From positions 71,315 to 128,039 of the forward strand of contig CAYYGL010000001.1 of the NCBI GenBank assembly GCA_964471235.1: a stretch of DNA of 56,725 bases, read 5' to 3'. The notes under the pieces are model-generated. The model worked only from the letters and a program-made list of their open reading frames with translations. It did not search any database and was not told the DNA's origin. A program made the position numbers and the translations under genes. Source of the stretch: an uncultured Calditrichaceae bacterium (GTDB lineage: Bacteria; Calditrichota; Calditrichia; RBG-13-44-9; J075). This document shows positions 17,108-27,147 of this stretch, one piece after another; the first letter of the stretch is position 1; the number at the start of each line of letters is the position of its first letter.

Positions 17108-20100
17108 ATGATTGACAAACTAATTGAACTCAGCGTCAGAAACAAACTTATCATCTTCCTGTTGATGGCAATTGCCACTGCCTGGGGAATTCGCTCTTTG
17201 TACAACACCCCGCTGGATGCCATTCCGGATTTATCCGATGTGCAGGTGATTATCTTCACCGAATGGCAGGGGCGCAGCCCGGATATCATCGAGGATCAAA
17301 TAACCTATCCCATTGTGACCAGCCTGCTTTCCGCCCCGAATGTGCAATTTGTGCGGGGGCAGTCGTTTTTCGGGCTTTCCTTTGTGTATGTTATTTTTGA
17401 AGAAGGTACCGATATGTACTGGGCGCGCAGCCGGGTGTTGGAATATATGAACGAAATCGAAGCGCAGCTTCCGGATGGCGTTACCCCGACCCTGGGACCG
17501 GATGCTACCGGGGTGGGCTGGGTCTATGAATACGCCCTGGTCGATACCACCGGTCGCTGGAATCTGGCAGATTTGCGATCTTTCCAGGACTGGCACCTGA
17601 AATACTGGCTGGAGGGAGTGCCCGGGGTGGCGGAAGTGGCTTCGGTGGGCGGATTTGTCAAACAATACCAGATTGAGGTGGACCCCAACAAACTGTTAGC
17701 TTACCACATCCCCCTGAAAAAGGTTCTTCAGGCGGTGCGCAACAGCAACAATGATGTGGGCGGCAGGGTGATTGAGATGGCATCCACTGAATTTATGCTG
17801 CGGGGCAGGGGATACATCAAATCCATCGCCGATATTGAAGAAATTGCCGTGGCAACTGATGGAAAAGGCACTCCCGTGCTGATCCGGAATATCGCCAATG
17901 TCCACCTGGGACCGGATATGCGCCGCGGCATTGCCGAGTTAGACGGCAAAGGAGAAGCCGTGGGCGGCATTGTGATAATGCGCTACGGCGAAAATGCCCT
18001 GCGGGTGATCGAACGGGTGAAAGAAAAAATTCGCCAGGTAACAGCCGCCCTGCCGCCGGGTATGAAGATTATTCCCACCTATGACCGTTCCGATCTCATC
18101 GAACGGGCAATTGACACCCTGAAGGAAAAGCTAATCGAAGAATCGATCATCGTCAGCCTGGTGTGCCTGCTGTTTCTCTTCCATTTTCGCAGCGCCCTGG
18201 TGGCGATTTTGACCCTGCCGATTGCCATCATCTTCTCTTTTATCCCCATGTATTACATGGGCTTGACCTCCAACATCATGTCTTTGGGAGGTATTGCCAT
18301 TGCCATTGGCGCCATGGTGGATGCGGCAATCGTGATGATTGAAAACGCTCATAAACGGCTGGAGCATGCCCGGGAGGGCGGAAAAGAACTGAGCGCTGCC
18401 GAACATTTCCGGGTCGTCATTGCAGCAGCTAAAGAAGTGGGAAAACCGCTCTTCTTTTCCCTGCTGATCATCACCGTATCATTCATCCCGGTGTTTACCC
18501 TGGAAGCGCAGGAAGGGCGGTTGTTTAAACCACTGGCATATACCAAAACCTTCGCCATGTTTTTTGCATCGTTTATCTCGGTTACCCTGGTACCGGTGTT
18601 GATGGTGCTCTTGATTCGCGGGAAAATTGCCCCGGAGAGCAAGAATCCCGTCAACCGACTTCTCATTCGGCTGTATCACCCGGTTGTTACCCTGGTTCTC
18701 CGGTTTCGGAAGACCACCATTCTGGCGGCTGTCATCCTGCTGCTTGCCACCATTCCTATTTTTAACCGCCTGGGAACCGAATTCATGCCACCGCTCAACG
18801 AGGGCTCAATCCTTTACATGCCCACCTCCATCCCGGGGATGCCGGCATCGGAAGCGAAAAAGATTTTGCATACCCAGGACAAAATTCTGGCAACGTTTCC
18901 GGAGGTGGAGCGAGTATTCGGCAAAATCGGGCGGTCCCGTACGGCAACCGATCCCGCCCCGTTAAGTATGGTCGAAACCACCATCACCCTGAAACCGAAA
19001 AAACTATGGCGCCCCGGCATGACCTGGGAGAAGCTGGTAAAAGAGATGGATCAAAAGCTAAAATTTCCGGGTATGGCAAATATCTGGTGGATGCCCATCC
19101 AGACCCGCACCGAGATGCTGACCACCGGTATCCGCAGCAACCTGGGCATCAAGGTGTTTGGAGATGATTTAAAGGAGATAGAACGGATTGCCGTGGATAT
19201 CGAACAGGCGCTGCAAAATTTTCCGGGCACCCGGAGCGTTTTTGCGGAACGATCATCCGGCGGCTATTTTGTGGATTTTCATATCCGCCGGCATCAAGCG
19301 GGGCGATACGGGCTGACAGTGGGGGATGTGCAGAACATCATCCAGACTGCCATCGGGGGTATGAATATCACCCATACCGTGGAAGGAAAGGAACGCTACC
19401 CGGTGAATGTGCGGTATCCCCGGGAACTGCGCGATGATATCGATCGCCTGAAGCGGGTGCTGGTGCCGACACCAACCGGTGCCCAGGTGCCCATTGCCCA
19501 GCTGACGGATATTAGCCCCACCACCGGTCCACCGATGATTCGCAATGAAGACGGCGCCAAAGTGGGGTTTGTGTTTGTGGATGTGAAAGAAAAAGATTAT
19601 GCTAAATACGTTCGTCAGGCACAGGAATACATCTACCGTAACGTCAACATCCCACCCGGCTATACCCTTGCCTGGGCGGGCCAATACCAATACCTGCAAC
19701 GGCTTCGGGAAAAACTGACCGTGGTGATACCGCTAACCCTGTTTATCATTTTTATGCTGTTGTATTTAAATTTTCGTTCTGTTTCCAAATCGTTGATCGT
19801 GCTACTCTCGGTGCCGTTTTCACTGGTGGGCGCCTTCTGGCTGTTGTGGGTACTGGGCTACAACACCAGTGTGGCGGTCTGGGTGGGGATTATTGCCCTT
19901 GCCGGGGTTGCCGCGGAAACCGGGGTGGTTATGATTGTTTACCTGGATGAATTTTACGACCGATACCGCGCCGAGGGGAGGATGAAAACGCTGGCTGATC
20001 TGTATGATGCGGTCATCAAAGGTGCGGTGCAACGGGTGCGCCCCAAAATGATGACCGTGACGGCGATTATGGCAGGTTTGCTGCCCATCCTGTGGTCAAC

Positions 20101-20272
20101 CGGCACCGGGGCGGATGTGATGAAGCGCATCGCAGCACCTATGGTAGGCGGTATGATGACTTCCACCATTCTGACGCTGGCAGTCATTCCGGCAATTTAC
20201 ACCATCTGGCGGGAGTGGCAGCTTAAACGGGAGATGGGAGTGGCGCCAGGGTCTTCAGAAACATCGGAGTAA
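17108..20272 (+). CDS. cusA: Cu(I)/Ag(I) RND permease CusA
   Basis: PLDAIPDLSDVQVI, GPDATGVGWVYEY, AMVDAAIVMIEN, and the Met triad contexts LYMPT, LSMVET, WWMPI. Confidence 0.95.
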   Translation: MIDKLIELSVRNKLIIFLLMAIATAWGIRSLYNTPLDAIPDLSDVQVIIFTEWQGRSPDIIEDQITYPIVTSLLSAPNVQFVRGQSFFGLSFVYVIFEEGTDMYWARSRVLEYMNEIEAQLPDGVTPTLGPDATGVGWVYEYALVDTTGRWNLADLRSFQDWHLKYWLEGVPGVAEVASVGGFVKQYQIEVDPNKLLAYHIPLKKVLQAVRNSNNDVGGRVIEMASTEFMLRGRGYIKSIADIEEIAVATDGKGTPVLIRNIANVHLGPDMRRGIAELDGKGEAVGGIVIMRYGENALRVIERVKEKIRQVTAALPPGMKIIPTYDRSDLIERAIDTLKEKLIEESIIVSLVCLLFLFHFRSALVAILTLPIAIIFSFIPMYYMGLTSNIMSLGGIAIAIGAMVDAAIVMIENAHKRLEHAREGGKELSAAEHFRVVIAAAKEVGKPLFFSLLIITVSFIPVFTLEAQEGRLFKPLAYTKTFAMFFASFISVTLVPVLMVLLIRGKIAPESKNPVNRLLIRLYHPVVTLVLRFRKTTILAAVILLLATIPIFNRLGTEFMPPLNEGSILYMPTSIPGMPASEAKKILHTQDKILATFPEVERVFGKIGRSRTATDPAPLSMVETTITLKPKKLWRPGMTWEKLVKEMDQKLKFPGMANIWWMPIQTRTEMLTTGIRSNLGIKVFGDDLKEIERIAVDIEQALQNFPGTRSVFAERSSGGYFVDFHIRRHQAGRYGLTVGDVQNIIQTAIGGMNITHTVEGKERYPVNVRYPRELRDDIDRLKRVLVPTPTGAQVPIAQLTDISPTTGPPMIRNEDGAKVGFVFVDVKEKDYAKYVRQAQEYIYRNVNIPPGYTLAWAGQYQYLQRLREKLTVVIPLTLFIIFMLLYLNFRSVSKSLIVLLSVPFSLVGAFWLLWVLGYNTSVAVWVGIIALAGVAAETGVVMIVYLDEFYDRYRAEGRMKTLADLYDAVIKGAVQRVRPKMMTVTAIMAGLLPILWSTGTGADVMKRIAAPMVGGMMTSTILTLAVIPAIYTIWREWQLKREMGVAPGSSETSE

Positions 20273-20453
20273 TAAATTATTGAAAGTGCTTCTTCAAAAT
20301 CTCTATTTCCAGCCGCTATACTTGCTTTAGTTTGTATAGCCCAGCCACTAAGTTTGAAGGTTGGTTTTTGTTGAATATTTTCATTTGCAAAAAGAGCGAA
20401 TCACGGATAAGCATATAAGTTTTATTCTCCTCATGATTCTCCCCCTTTCTTGC

Positions 20454-20984
20454 TTAAGGCAGGATCGTAATTTCCGGGTATTTATATTTGTGAGGAAAAA
20501 ATTCCATATATAATCCGGTCAATGCTTCCGGGTCATTATACCACTCCTGCAGGATATAATCTCGAATTTGTTGGGGGATGGGATATCCTCTATCCTTAAA
20601 GGTAAAACCCGCTACAACCCTGTACTTACCGGGATGCAAAACATACAACGAATCATCAACCCACATTCCTTGTGGAATGATGTATGTGCCAAATCCTTCA
20701 TAATAACCGCCTGGATTCATATATACATCCATGTCTGTATTGGTATTATCAGAATGTGAAATTATAACTGGTGGATAAGTTTTATCTCGATACAATGAGA
20801 CTCTCCCAAAATCTCCAGAAACATTCACAAATTCGATATGTAAAACGGGATATCTTCATCGTGGAATTTCCTTTGATGAAATATCATTTGTACAATAATA
20901 AAACTATTTTTGTATTTCAATCGTAATATGAGTAAACTGGCTTTGGGGTATCCTTTTTCCAGAGCCCCCCTTATCACTCTCCAT
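20454..20984 (-). pseudogene. Hypothetical gene with two in-frame stops
   Basis: One frame from ATG 20984: MESDKG..IQK*FYY..IPR*RYPVLHIEFVNVSGD.. continuing into the 124-aa ORF; AT-rich. Confidence 0.45.
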
Positions 20985-21070
20985 ATATTTTACGGCGTAT
21001 ATTAACAGGAAGGTTAAATATTAGATTCGACAGGCATAAACGTTCTACTTCCGATAGAATGGTTTAGCGG

Positions 21071-21105
21071 AAAACCTGCCTGTCCTTTTGCCAGACAGGC
21101 AGGCT
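21071..21105 (-). terminator. Hairpin terminator downstream of the His-rich gene
   Basis: CCTGCCTGTC...GACAGGCAGG stem followed by a short T run on the minus strand. Confidence 0.55.
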
Positions 21106-21151
21106 CCGGTTCTTACATTAATGAGAGAACTTCTCTGACGGTCGGATAAGA

Positions 21152-22696
21152 CTACTTGCTCAAATTCATCTTCTTCACCAGGCTCACATTCCCCACTTTC
21201 AGCTCGTAGAAATAGATTCCCGAAGGCAAATTGCTGGCGTCGAAATCCACCTGATAGACCCCGACCGGCTTTGCTTCATTCATCAGTTCCACCACTTTTT
21301 GCCCAAGCACATTGTAAATGGTCAGAACCACGTGGGCATTTTCCTGCAAGGAAAATTCAATGGTCGTTGAGGGGTTAAAAGGATTGGGATAGTTCTGTTC
21401 CAGGGTAAATTGAGCGGCTATATTGGGTGATTGTTCATCAATCGAGAGCGGATTTTGCTGCCCGGTGAGAATTACCTGACTGCTCACGATGCCATTGGCT
21501 ACGGTCACGGTATTGTTCACCACATCCACACTGGCATTCAACATTTCCCAGCTATCGCTCTGTTCGTTCCAGTATTTTAACTGAATGGTATTTTCATCAA
21601 TATTAAACCCTTGCAACTGAATGTCATTGTAATGTAATTGATACTGCACATTGTTGGCAAACTGGATATGCCCGCCGTGCATGTGGTCGTCCCAGAGAAG
21701 ATTGAATCCATCCGGTCGGAACAATCCGAACTCGTAGGCGGCAAAGACATTTTCATTATCGGTATTGGCGATATTTTGGGGGAATACCTGGATCATCTGG
21801 CAGAAGAGATTGTCTGGAAGATGCCCATGGTGTCCGCCACCACCGCCAGGATGCCAGCCGGGCTGAATTTCCATCCAGTCCCCATCATCAAAAGGAGCGC
21901 GAACATGTGTGGTCTGATTCATGTACCGATGAATCCATCGTCCTCCCATATTCGGACCCCAGCCGGTGGTATCCTGCCATACCAGACCATTAATTTCATA
22001 GACAAAAATCATGGGGAAATTGGCGTTATCAATTAAACCGCCTACAATATCAATGGTATCGCCGTCATTGGGGCGTTCCGCACCGGAAGATGGTTCATAC
22101 CAGGGCGGACCGAAGTTGAGATAGTAATCGGGGATGCCATCGTTATTCTCGTCAAGATAATAATGTAAAAAGATGAAGGTGCTGTCCACGATCGCCGTGC
22201 CGCTAACCGAGACCACCTGCAAGGAATCGTGCATCCAGCCCCAGGTATGCCCGTGTCCGCCGCCATGATGACCACCGCCATGCCCGTCATGATGTGTCCA
22301 ATAAGGGTCAAAGGGGTCTCGCCAGAATTCGCCGTTGATTTCATACACGATGATTACCGGCAGGTCGCCCATGAGTGAATCATCGTTCAACCCGCCACCG
22401 ATGGTGACAAAATCACCGTCATTCGGTCGGGTGGCGTTGCTGCTGTCCGGCTCATACCACCAGGGACCAAAATTCAAAAAATAGTCTGCCTGACCGTCGC
22501 CATCTTCATCCAGGTAATACATGGGGTGCATGGTGCTGCTGTCCACCAGGGCAGTGCCGGAAACAGTCACCGGAACCAATGAATCCGGATCGCAGTGATG
22601 CCCGTCGCCGTGACCGCCCCACTGGGCATAGAGTGCCCCATAACCCAAAAAAAACAGCATGAGATAAAACAATACGGAAGTGTGGTAGCGTTTCAT
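21152..22696 (-). CDS. Secreted His/Gly-rich protein with two tandem domains of about 90 aa and a T9SS-type C-terminal sorting domain
   Basis: Signal peptide; two YYLDExxDGxxDYxLNFGPxWYEP repeats; His-Gly linkers; LEQNYPNPFNPST...LPSGIYFY C-terminus. Confidence 0.85.
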   Translation of the reverse strand: MKRYHTSVLFYLMLFFLGYGALYAQWGGHGDGHHCDPDSLVPVTVSGTALVDSSTMHPMYYLDEDGDGQADYFLNFGPWWYEPDSSNATRPNDGDFVTIGGGLNDDSLMGDLPVIIVYEINGEFWRDPFDPYWTHHDGHGGGHHGGGHGHTWGWMHDSLQVVSVSGTAIVDSTFIFLHYYLDENNDGIPDYYLNFGPPWYEPSSGAERPNDGDTIDIVGGLIDNANFPMIFVYEINGLVWQDTTGWGPNMGGRWIHRYMNQTTHVRAPFDDGDWMEIQPGWHPGGGGGHHGHLPDNLFCQMIQVFPQNIANTDNENVFAAYEFGLFRPDGFNLLWDDHMHGGHIQFANNVQYQLHYNDIQLQGFNIDENTIQLKYWNEQSDSWEMLNASVDVVNNTVTVANGIVSSQVILTGQQNPLSIDEQSPNIAAQFTLEQNYPNPFNPSTTIEFSLQENAHVVLTIYNVLGQKVVELMNEAKPVGVYQVDFDASNLPSGIYFYELKVGNVSLVKKMNLSK

Positions 22697-22758
22697 TATA
22701 AATCTCCTTTTGGTTTTAGTTAACTTCCTATTCCTGTTCTCAGGTTACCACGTATAAA

Positions 22759-22773
22759 ACAATCAATGTGCCA
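22759..22773 (-). promoter_or_regulatory. Sigma54 -24/-12 promoter
   Basis: Minus strand TGGCAC-ATTGA-TTGT, 63 bp upstream of the ATG at 22696; a bEBP gene lies in the same cluster. Confidence 0.7.
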
Positions 22774-22871
22774 GAAAATATTGTAATGTGAGGGTAGGGG
22801 AGTAAGGGTTGAAATAACAGATAGTTATATCAACAAGTGAAATGGGAGTGCAAGAGAAAAGAATTCAATCA

Positions 22872-22905
22872 TGCAAAATTTGCAGGCTCAATTGCAAAAA
22901 TTGCA
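22872..22905. promoter_or_regulatory. Tandem palindromic enhancer-like sites TGCA-N5-TGCA
   Basis: TGCAAAATTTGCA (22872-22884) and TGCAAAAATTGCA (22893-22905), 21 bp apart, about 100-130 bp upstream of the sigma54 site. Confidence 0.65.
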
Positions 22906-23144
22906 AAAGGGACTTTCCATATCCCTGACCAGAATATCAGCATGCCTTAATTGGTTTGCATCAGCTTGATGCATCGGCGCGGTTATTTAATCAAAATTCA
23001 TCAAGAGAGGGAGATGAAAGGGGGAGAGTTGAATTTACCGCTTCAAACAGCAGAAGGATTTATGGATGGTATAAAGTTCACTGTTCCTATAAAAAATAAT
23101 AACTGTTTACCAACAGTTGAAGAGAGAAATGTTTGAACGTCACT

Positions 23145-23924
23145 TTATAAGGTGATGGTAAGCCGAAGTAGATGGGAGGTAGAGGTCACATTCACCGAAA
23201 GGGAAGCAGGGATTTTATGGGGGGAGAAGAAGAAAGCATCGACCTGGGAGGTTACCCAAACCCCAATCAAGGCGTAAGACCAGTAAAACTGCGATTGATA
23301 CAAGTTATTGTATCGATGATATTTTGCGGAGATGTCATCGGGTTTGGTCGCCTGTTCATAATCCTGTTTTGCCCGGTGGGTGCGAATGAGCGCCCGGGTA
23401 ATTCCCACCAGGCAGCCGGCGCCGGCTGTCATCCATATTGCGCCTTTCCAGCGGTATCCGCGGTGGTATTGCTCCCACCCCGGAAAAACCAGTGCCCGCC
23501 AGGGCGTCTCCCGGGGAATCAGTCTTTGCTGAGATTGTTGTACCCGGCGGTTCAAATCTTCTAAAAAATCAAGTTTCGTTTTTTGAAAAAGTGCCAATAT
23601 CTTTGGTGAAGTCGTTAATGGGTCCAGCGTATGAGTGGGGTCTATTTCCAGCAATTTCCAGAAAAATTCCGCTGCTTTAAATGTATCTCCCTGTTGGAAT
23701 TTACGAAACGCAGCATACTGATAAATTCCGATTTTTTCTTTCAGGGAGAAGGATTCGATCTCCTTCAGGGCTAAAGCAATTAATCGGTCGGTCTCCTGGT
23801 AATCAAAGCGCTGGTAGGCGGCAACCAATTCCTGAAGCAGGGATGGGCTGCCTTGCGGAAATGCCGGAAAACAGCTTAACAACATGCTGAGGATGAACAG
23901 GATGAGGATGTGAGAAGACTTCAT
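23145..23924 (-). CDS. Exported TPR-like protein with a C-terminal membrane-associated domain
   Basis: Signal peptide, helical region ending LLEIDPTHTLDP..SPKI, then LVFPGWEQYHRG..KG hydrophobic domain. Confidence 0.7.
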   Translation of the reverse strand: MKSSHILILFILSMLLSCFPAFPQGSPSLLQELVAAYQRFDYQETDRLIALALKEIESFSLKEKIGIYQYAAFRKFQQGDTFKAAEFFWKLLEIDPTHTLDPLTTSPKILALFQKTKLDFLEDLNRRVQQSQQRLIPRETPWRALVFPGWEQYHRGYRWKGAIWMTAGAGCLVGITRALIRTHRAKQDYEQATKPDDISAKYHRYNNLYQSQFYWSYALIGVWVTSQVDAFFFSPHKIPASLSVNVTSTSHLLRLTITL

Positions 23925-23930
23925 CTGGGT

Positions 23931-25172
23931 CTATTTTATAAAGTTTATTTTCACCATACGCCGTTCGTTCGGGGTCATAACATAAATAAAATATATGCCC
24001 GATGGCAAGGTGTTTCCATTATCATCGCTGCCGTCAAACTGAATCCGCTGCCACCCCCTGGTCCGTCCCCGGTACAGTTGGCGCACGTTCTGCCCGAGGA
24101 TGTCCAGAACACCTACCTGAATGTCTTCGTACTTGTTCAGGTAAATATCCACAATAGTGCTGCTGTTAAAGGGATTGGGGTAATTGGCACTGACATAAAG
24201 CTGTTCACGCCTGACGATGTTGGGCGGTGGCGTAATGTCGGTCAACAGGTCTAATGCTTCAACCACATTGGTGCCATTTTCCATATGGTTATTGGTCGCA
24301 CCGCCGATGGCATATAACCAATTCCCCACCTGTACTACCGCAAGGTTTTTGCGCGGTGTCTGAAGAGCCGGACCATTGAGCCAGTTTCCCTGCCCGGGAA
24401 TATCTTTATATTGAACATTGTCCAGGATACCGGATTGGTTTTCCCCGCCCACGATCCAGATTTGACCGTTGTAAACATCCCCGGCCGCGGAGCCGCATGA
24501 ATACAGCATTGAGCCGACAATTTCCCATCCCTGCCCGGGTACGTATTTTTCATAGGAATTCAGCGGTCCGAAGTAGAACCCTCCCATCACATATACGTCG
24601 TTATTTACCACGGCTGCCACCGGCGCTACCCGGGGAACCGTTAATGGATCGGAAAGGGTTGTCCAGCTATTGGTATTCGGATGGTAGATTTCAACAATGT
24701 CGGAAGTCATCTGGAAGGTGGCACCGGCAATCACCCAGATAACGCTATCCACCACTACTGCTGACAACCCTTCCCGCGGGGTGGGAATCTGGCTGACAAT
24801 CGACCATTGGTTGACAGCAGGATCGTAGACTTCAACAGTCGAGATCAAATTATGATGATTTCGACCACCAAAGAGATATATTTTATTCTGAAGAGCAACC
24901 GCTGCGGCACTGGTGCGGGCGTTGTTCAAAGGCGCAATACCGGTTTGCCAGCTATCATGTTGGACATCATACGCTTCGACAATGTTCAAAGCATTGTGCC
25001 CGGTTTGCGCCCCGCCGATAACATATATGTTGCCATTCAAGGCTGCGGCTGCCATTCCCTGCCGGGCGGTGGGCATGGAGCTTCTGTATTGCCATTGCGG
25101 TTGACCATTCACCGACAGGATGATACTCAATCCCCCCAGGATGCTTAAACATATCTTATGCAAATTTTGCAT
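23931..25172 (-). CDS. Secreted Kelch beta-propeller protein with a FlgD/T9SS-like C-terminal domain
   Basis: Six Kelch repeats (IYVIGG..VEAYD..W), then NYPNPFNSST..LPSGIYFI. Confidence 0.9.
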   Translation of the reverse strand: MQNLHKICLSILGGLSIILSVNGQPQWQYRSSMPTARQGMAAAALNGNIYVIGGAQTGHNALNIVEAYDVQHDSWQTGIAPLNNARTSAAAVALQNKIYLFGGRNHHNLISTVEVYDPAVNQWSIVSQIPTPREGLSAVVVDSVIWVIAGATFQMTSDIVEIYHPNTNSWTTLSDPLTVPRVAPVAAVVNNDVYVMGGFYFGPLNSYEKYVPGQGWEIVGSMLYSCGSAAGDVYNGQIWIVGGENQSGILDNVQYKDIPGQGNWLNGPALQTPRKNLAVVQVGNWLYAIGGATNNHMENGTNVVEALDLLTDITPPPNIVRREQLYVSANYPNPFNSSTIVDIYLNKYEDIQVGVLDILGQNVRQLYRGRTRGWQRIQFDGSDDNGNTLPSGIYFIYVMTPNERRMVKINFIK

Positions 25173-25359
25173 GGCTTGGTCTCTTTTTTGCTGCTGTTAC
25201 GGATAGTTCTTTAACACAATCCTATAAATGGTCTCACTTTAAACTGATTTTTCACTTTCACTGCCTGGTAAATATTTGTCATCACCATACCAGTCCTATC
25301 GAACAGGACCATTCCACTCAATCCCACTGAAAAAGATTTAACAAATTACATACCAATCC

Positions 25360-27144
25360 TTATTTCTTCTTCAGCACCACTTGCAAATGAAGTGTATCCC
25401 CTTCCTGAATCGTGATGTATTCCCGATAAGGCAGAAGATACGGGTGCTTCAATTCCATGAGATGTTCGCCGGCAGATAATAGCAATGGTTCCCGTAATGG
25501 TGTGGTGTCCCTCAGTTTGTCGTCAATATATACCTCCGCCCAGGGGCGCACTTCAATCTGCAAAAAACCGACATTCTTCAAAAAAGACCAGGTCACCGCT
25601 TTTTGTTCACCGGGTTTCATTTCAATGTAAAATTGCTGCGGTGGAAAATTGGGGTGCACAAGCGTCAGGGCATGTTTGCCCGGAGGAACCGAAAATGTGT
25701 GCTGTGTTGCCCGTGATGCCGTTTCCTTCCCGTCAATCAGAACTCTTGCCCAGGGTTCCACCTGTACCGCCAATCGGGATTGACCGTTTTCCACCGGGGT
25801 GGAGGGAACACCGGAGGGCTCGATAGGTGAATGTTCTGCCGGTCTCTTATCGGAAACGTGTTCATTCACTACCCGGCGGGTTCTGCCGGTGACCGTTGTC
25901 GATTCCGACTCATTTGGCAGTGATTTCTCAGCAGACGTATCAATGGTCGTGCTCGATGTCTCCGGGGTTGATGTCAGTTCCGGAGAAACCGGTTGATGAA
26001 GTGAATCTCTGTTATCCGTGCTATCCGCTACCGTCAGGAGGGATTTCCCACCGGCATGTTGTAGAGGAATTGTCTCACTTCCCGCAAATCGCCACCACAT
26101 TCCAAATAGAAGGAGAAGAACAAACACACCGATACCACCCAGAAGCATTCGCCGTTTTCTGCCTTTGGTTAAAGTCCGGGGGGCATTCGGTTCATCCATG
26201 CGGGGTTCTTCTTTTGTGAGCGTTCCGGAACACCCCGGCTTATCCGGCAGATTATGGAGATACGGTCGAATGAATTCGGCAATCTGTTCCGTCTGAAAAG
26301 TTATGTTCATTTGCGTGCAAAGTTGGTGCAGCCTGTCTAATGCCGAGTCGGCATCCTGCCAGCGTGCTTCCACGGATTTTTGAAGAAAGGTATCGACAAA
26401 GGCAGCAATTTCCAGGGGAATTCCCGGGTGCACCTCGTTCAATAATGGCGGGTGTTCGTTCATGATTTTGTACAAACAATTCGACACATTTTCCCCGGAA
26501 AAGGGCTGGGTTCCGGAAAGCATCTCGTAGAGCACCGCGCCCAATCCGAACAAATCTGCCCGGGCATCCACGGAAACTCCCGAGATTTGTTCCGGCGCCA
26601 TATAAGCCGGCGTGCCAATCAGGGTGCCCTGCCGGGTAACCCGGGATTCTTCCCCAATTTGTGCCAGACCGAAATCGGCTAATTTCACCTGCCCGTAAAA
26701 GTCGATTAAAATATTCCCCGGTTTGATGTCCCGATGAAGGATTTGATGCTGGTGTACAAAACTCAATGCCCGGAGTAGTTGTTCGGTAATGTTGAACGCC
26801 ATATTGAGCGGAAGCTTGCCCGCCTTCTGCAGCAACTCCTTCAAACTGATGCCCCGCACATATTCGATGGCAATGTAGTGAAAACCATCCCGTTCTCCCA
26901 GGCGATACACTTCCACAATATTCGGGTGTTTTAAGCGGGCGCACACCCGTGCTTCCCGCTGAAAGCGCTCCATCCATTCCCTGTTATCATTCACATGGGG
27001 CTTCAGCACCTTGATGATGACCTGCCGTTCCAGGTTTTTCTGGCAGCCCAGGTACAAAAGGGTGTGCTGCCCCTCGTATAGCAACGTATCCAGGGTAAAG
27101 TCATCCACTTCCCGAAATGGAATTCGCCACGCCGTATCATCCAT
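25360..27144 (-). CDS. Membrane Hanks-type Ser/Thr kinase with extracytoplasmic PEGA-like domains
   Basis: VIIK, RFQREA, HRDIKPGN, DFGLA, GTPAYMAPEQ; one TM; two VxPWAxVxID repeats. Confidence 0.92.
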   Translation of the reverse strand: MDDTAWRIPFREVDDFTLDTLLYEGQHTLLYLGCQKNLERQVIIKVLKPHVNDNREWMERFQREARVCARLKHPNIVEVYRLGERDGFHYIAIEYVRGISLKELLQKAGKLPLNMAFNITEQLLRALSFVHQHQILHRDIKPGNILIDFYGQVKLADFGLAQIGEESRVTRQGTLIGTPAYMAPEQISGVSVDARADLFGLGAVLYEMLSGTQPFSGENVSNCLYKIMNEHPPLLNEVHPGIPLEIAAFVDTFLQKSVEARWQDADSALDRLHQLCTQMNITFQTEQIAEFIRPYLHNLPDKPGCSGTLTKEEPRMDEPNAPRTLTKGRKRRMLLGGIGVFVLLLLFGMWWRFAGSETIPLQHAGGKSLLTVADSTDNRDSLHQPVSPELTSTPETSSTTIDTSAEKSLPNESESTTVTGRTRRVVNEHVSDKRPAEHSPIEPSGVPSTPVENGQSRLAVQVEPWARVLIDGKETASRATQHTFSVPPGKHALTLVHPNFPPQQFYIEMKPGEQKAVTWSFLKNVGFLQIEVRPWAEVYIDDKLRDTTPLREPLLLSAGEHLMELKHPYLLPYREYITIQEGDTLHLQVVLKKK

Positions 27145-27147
27145 GAT

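Noticed and set aside
1-20272. Metal island as a defined transposon or ICE
   Set aside because: No integrase, transposase, tRNA or terminal repeats visible; the left boundary lies outside the window
25360-27144. Pseudokinase call because the Gly-rich loop is degenerate (LYEGQHT)
   Set aside because: The catalytic Lys, alphaC Glu, HRD..N, DFG and APE motifs are all intact
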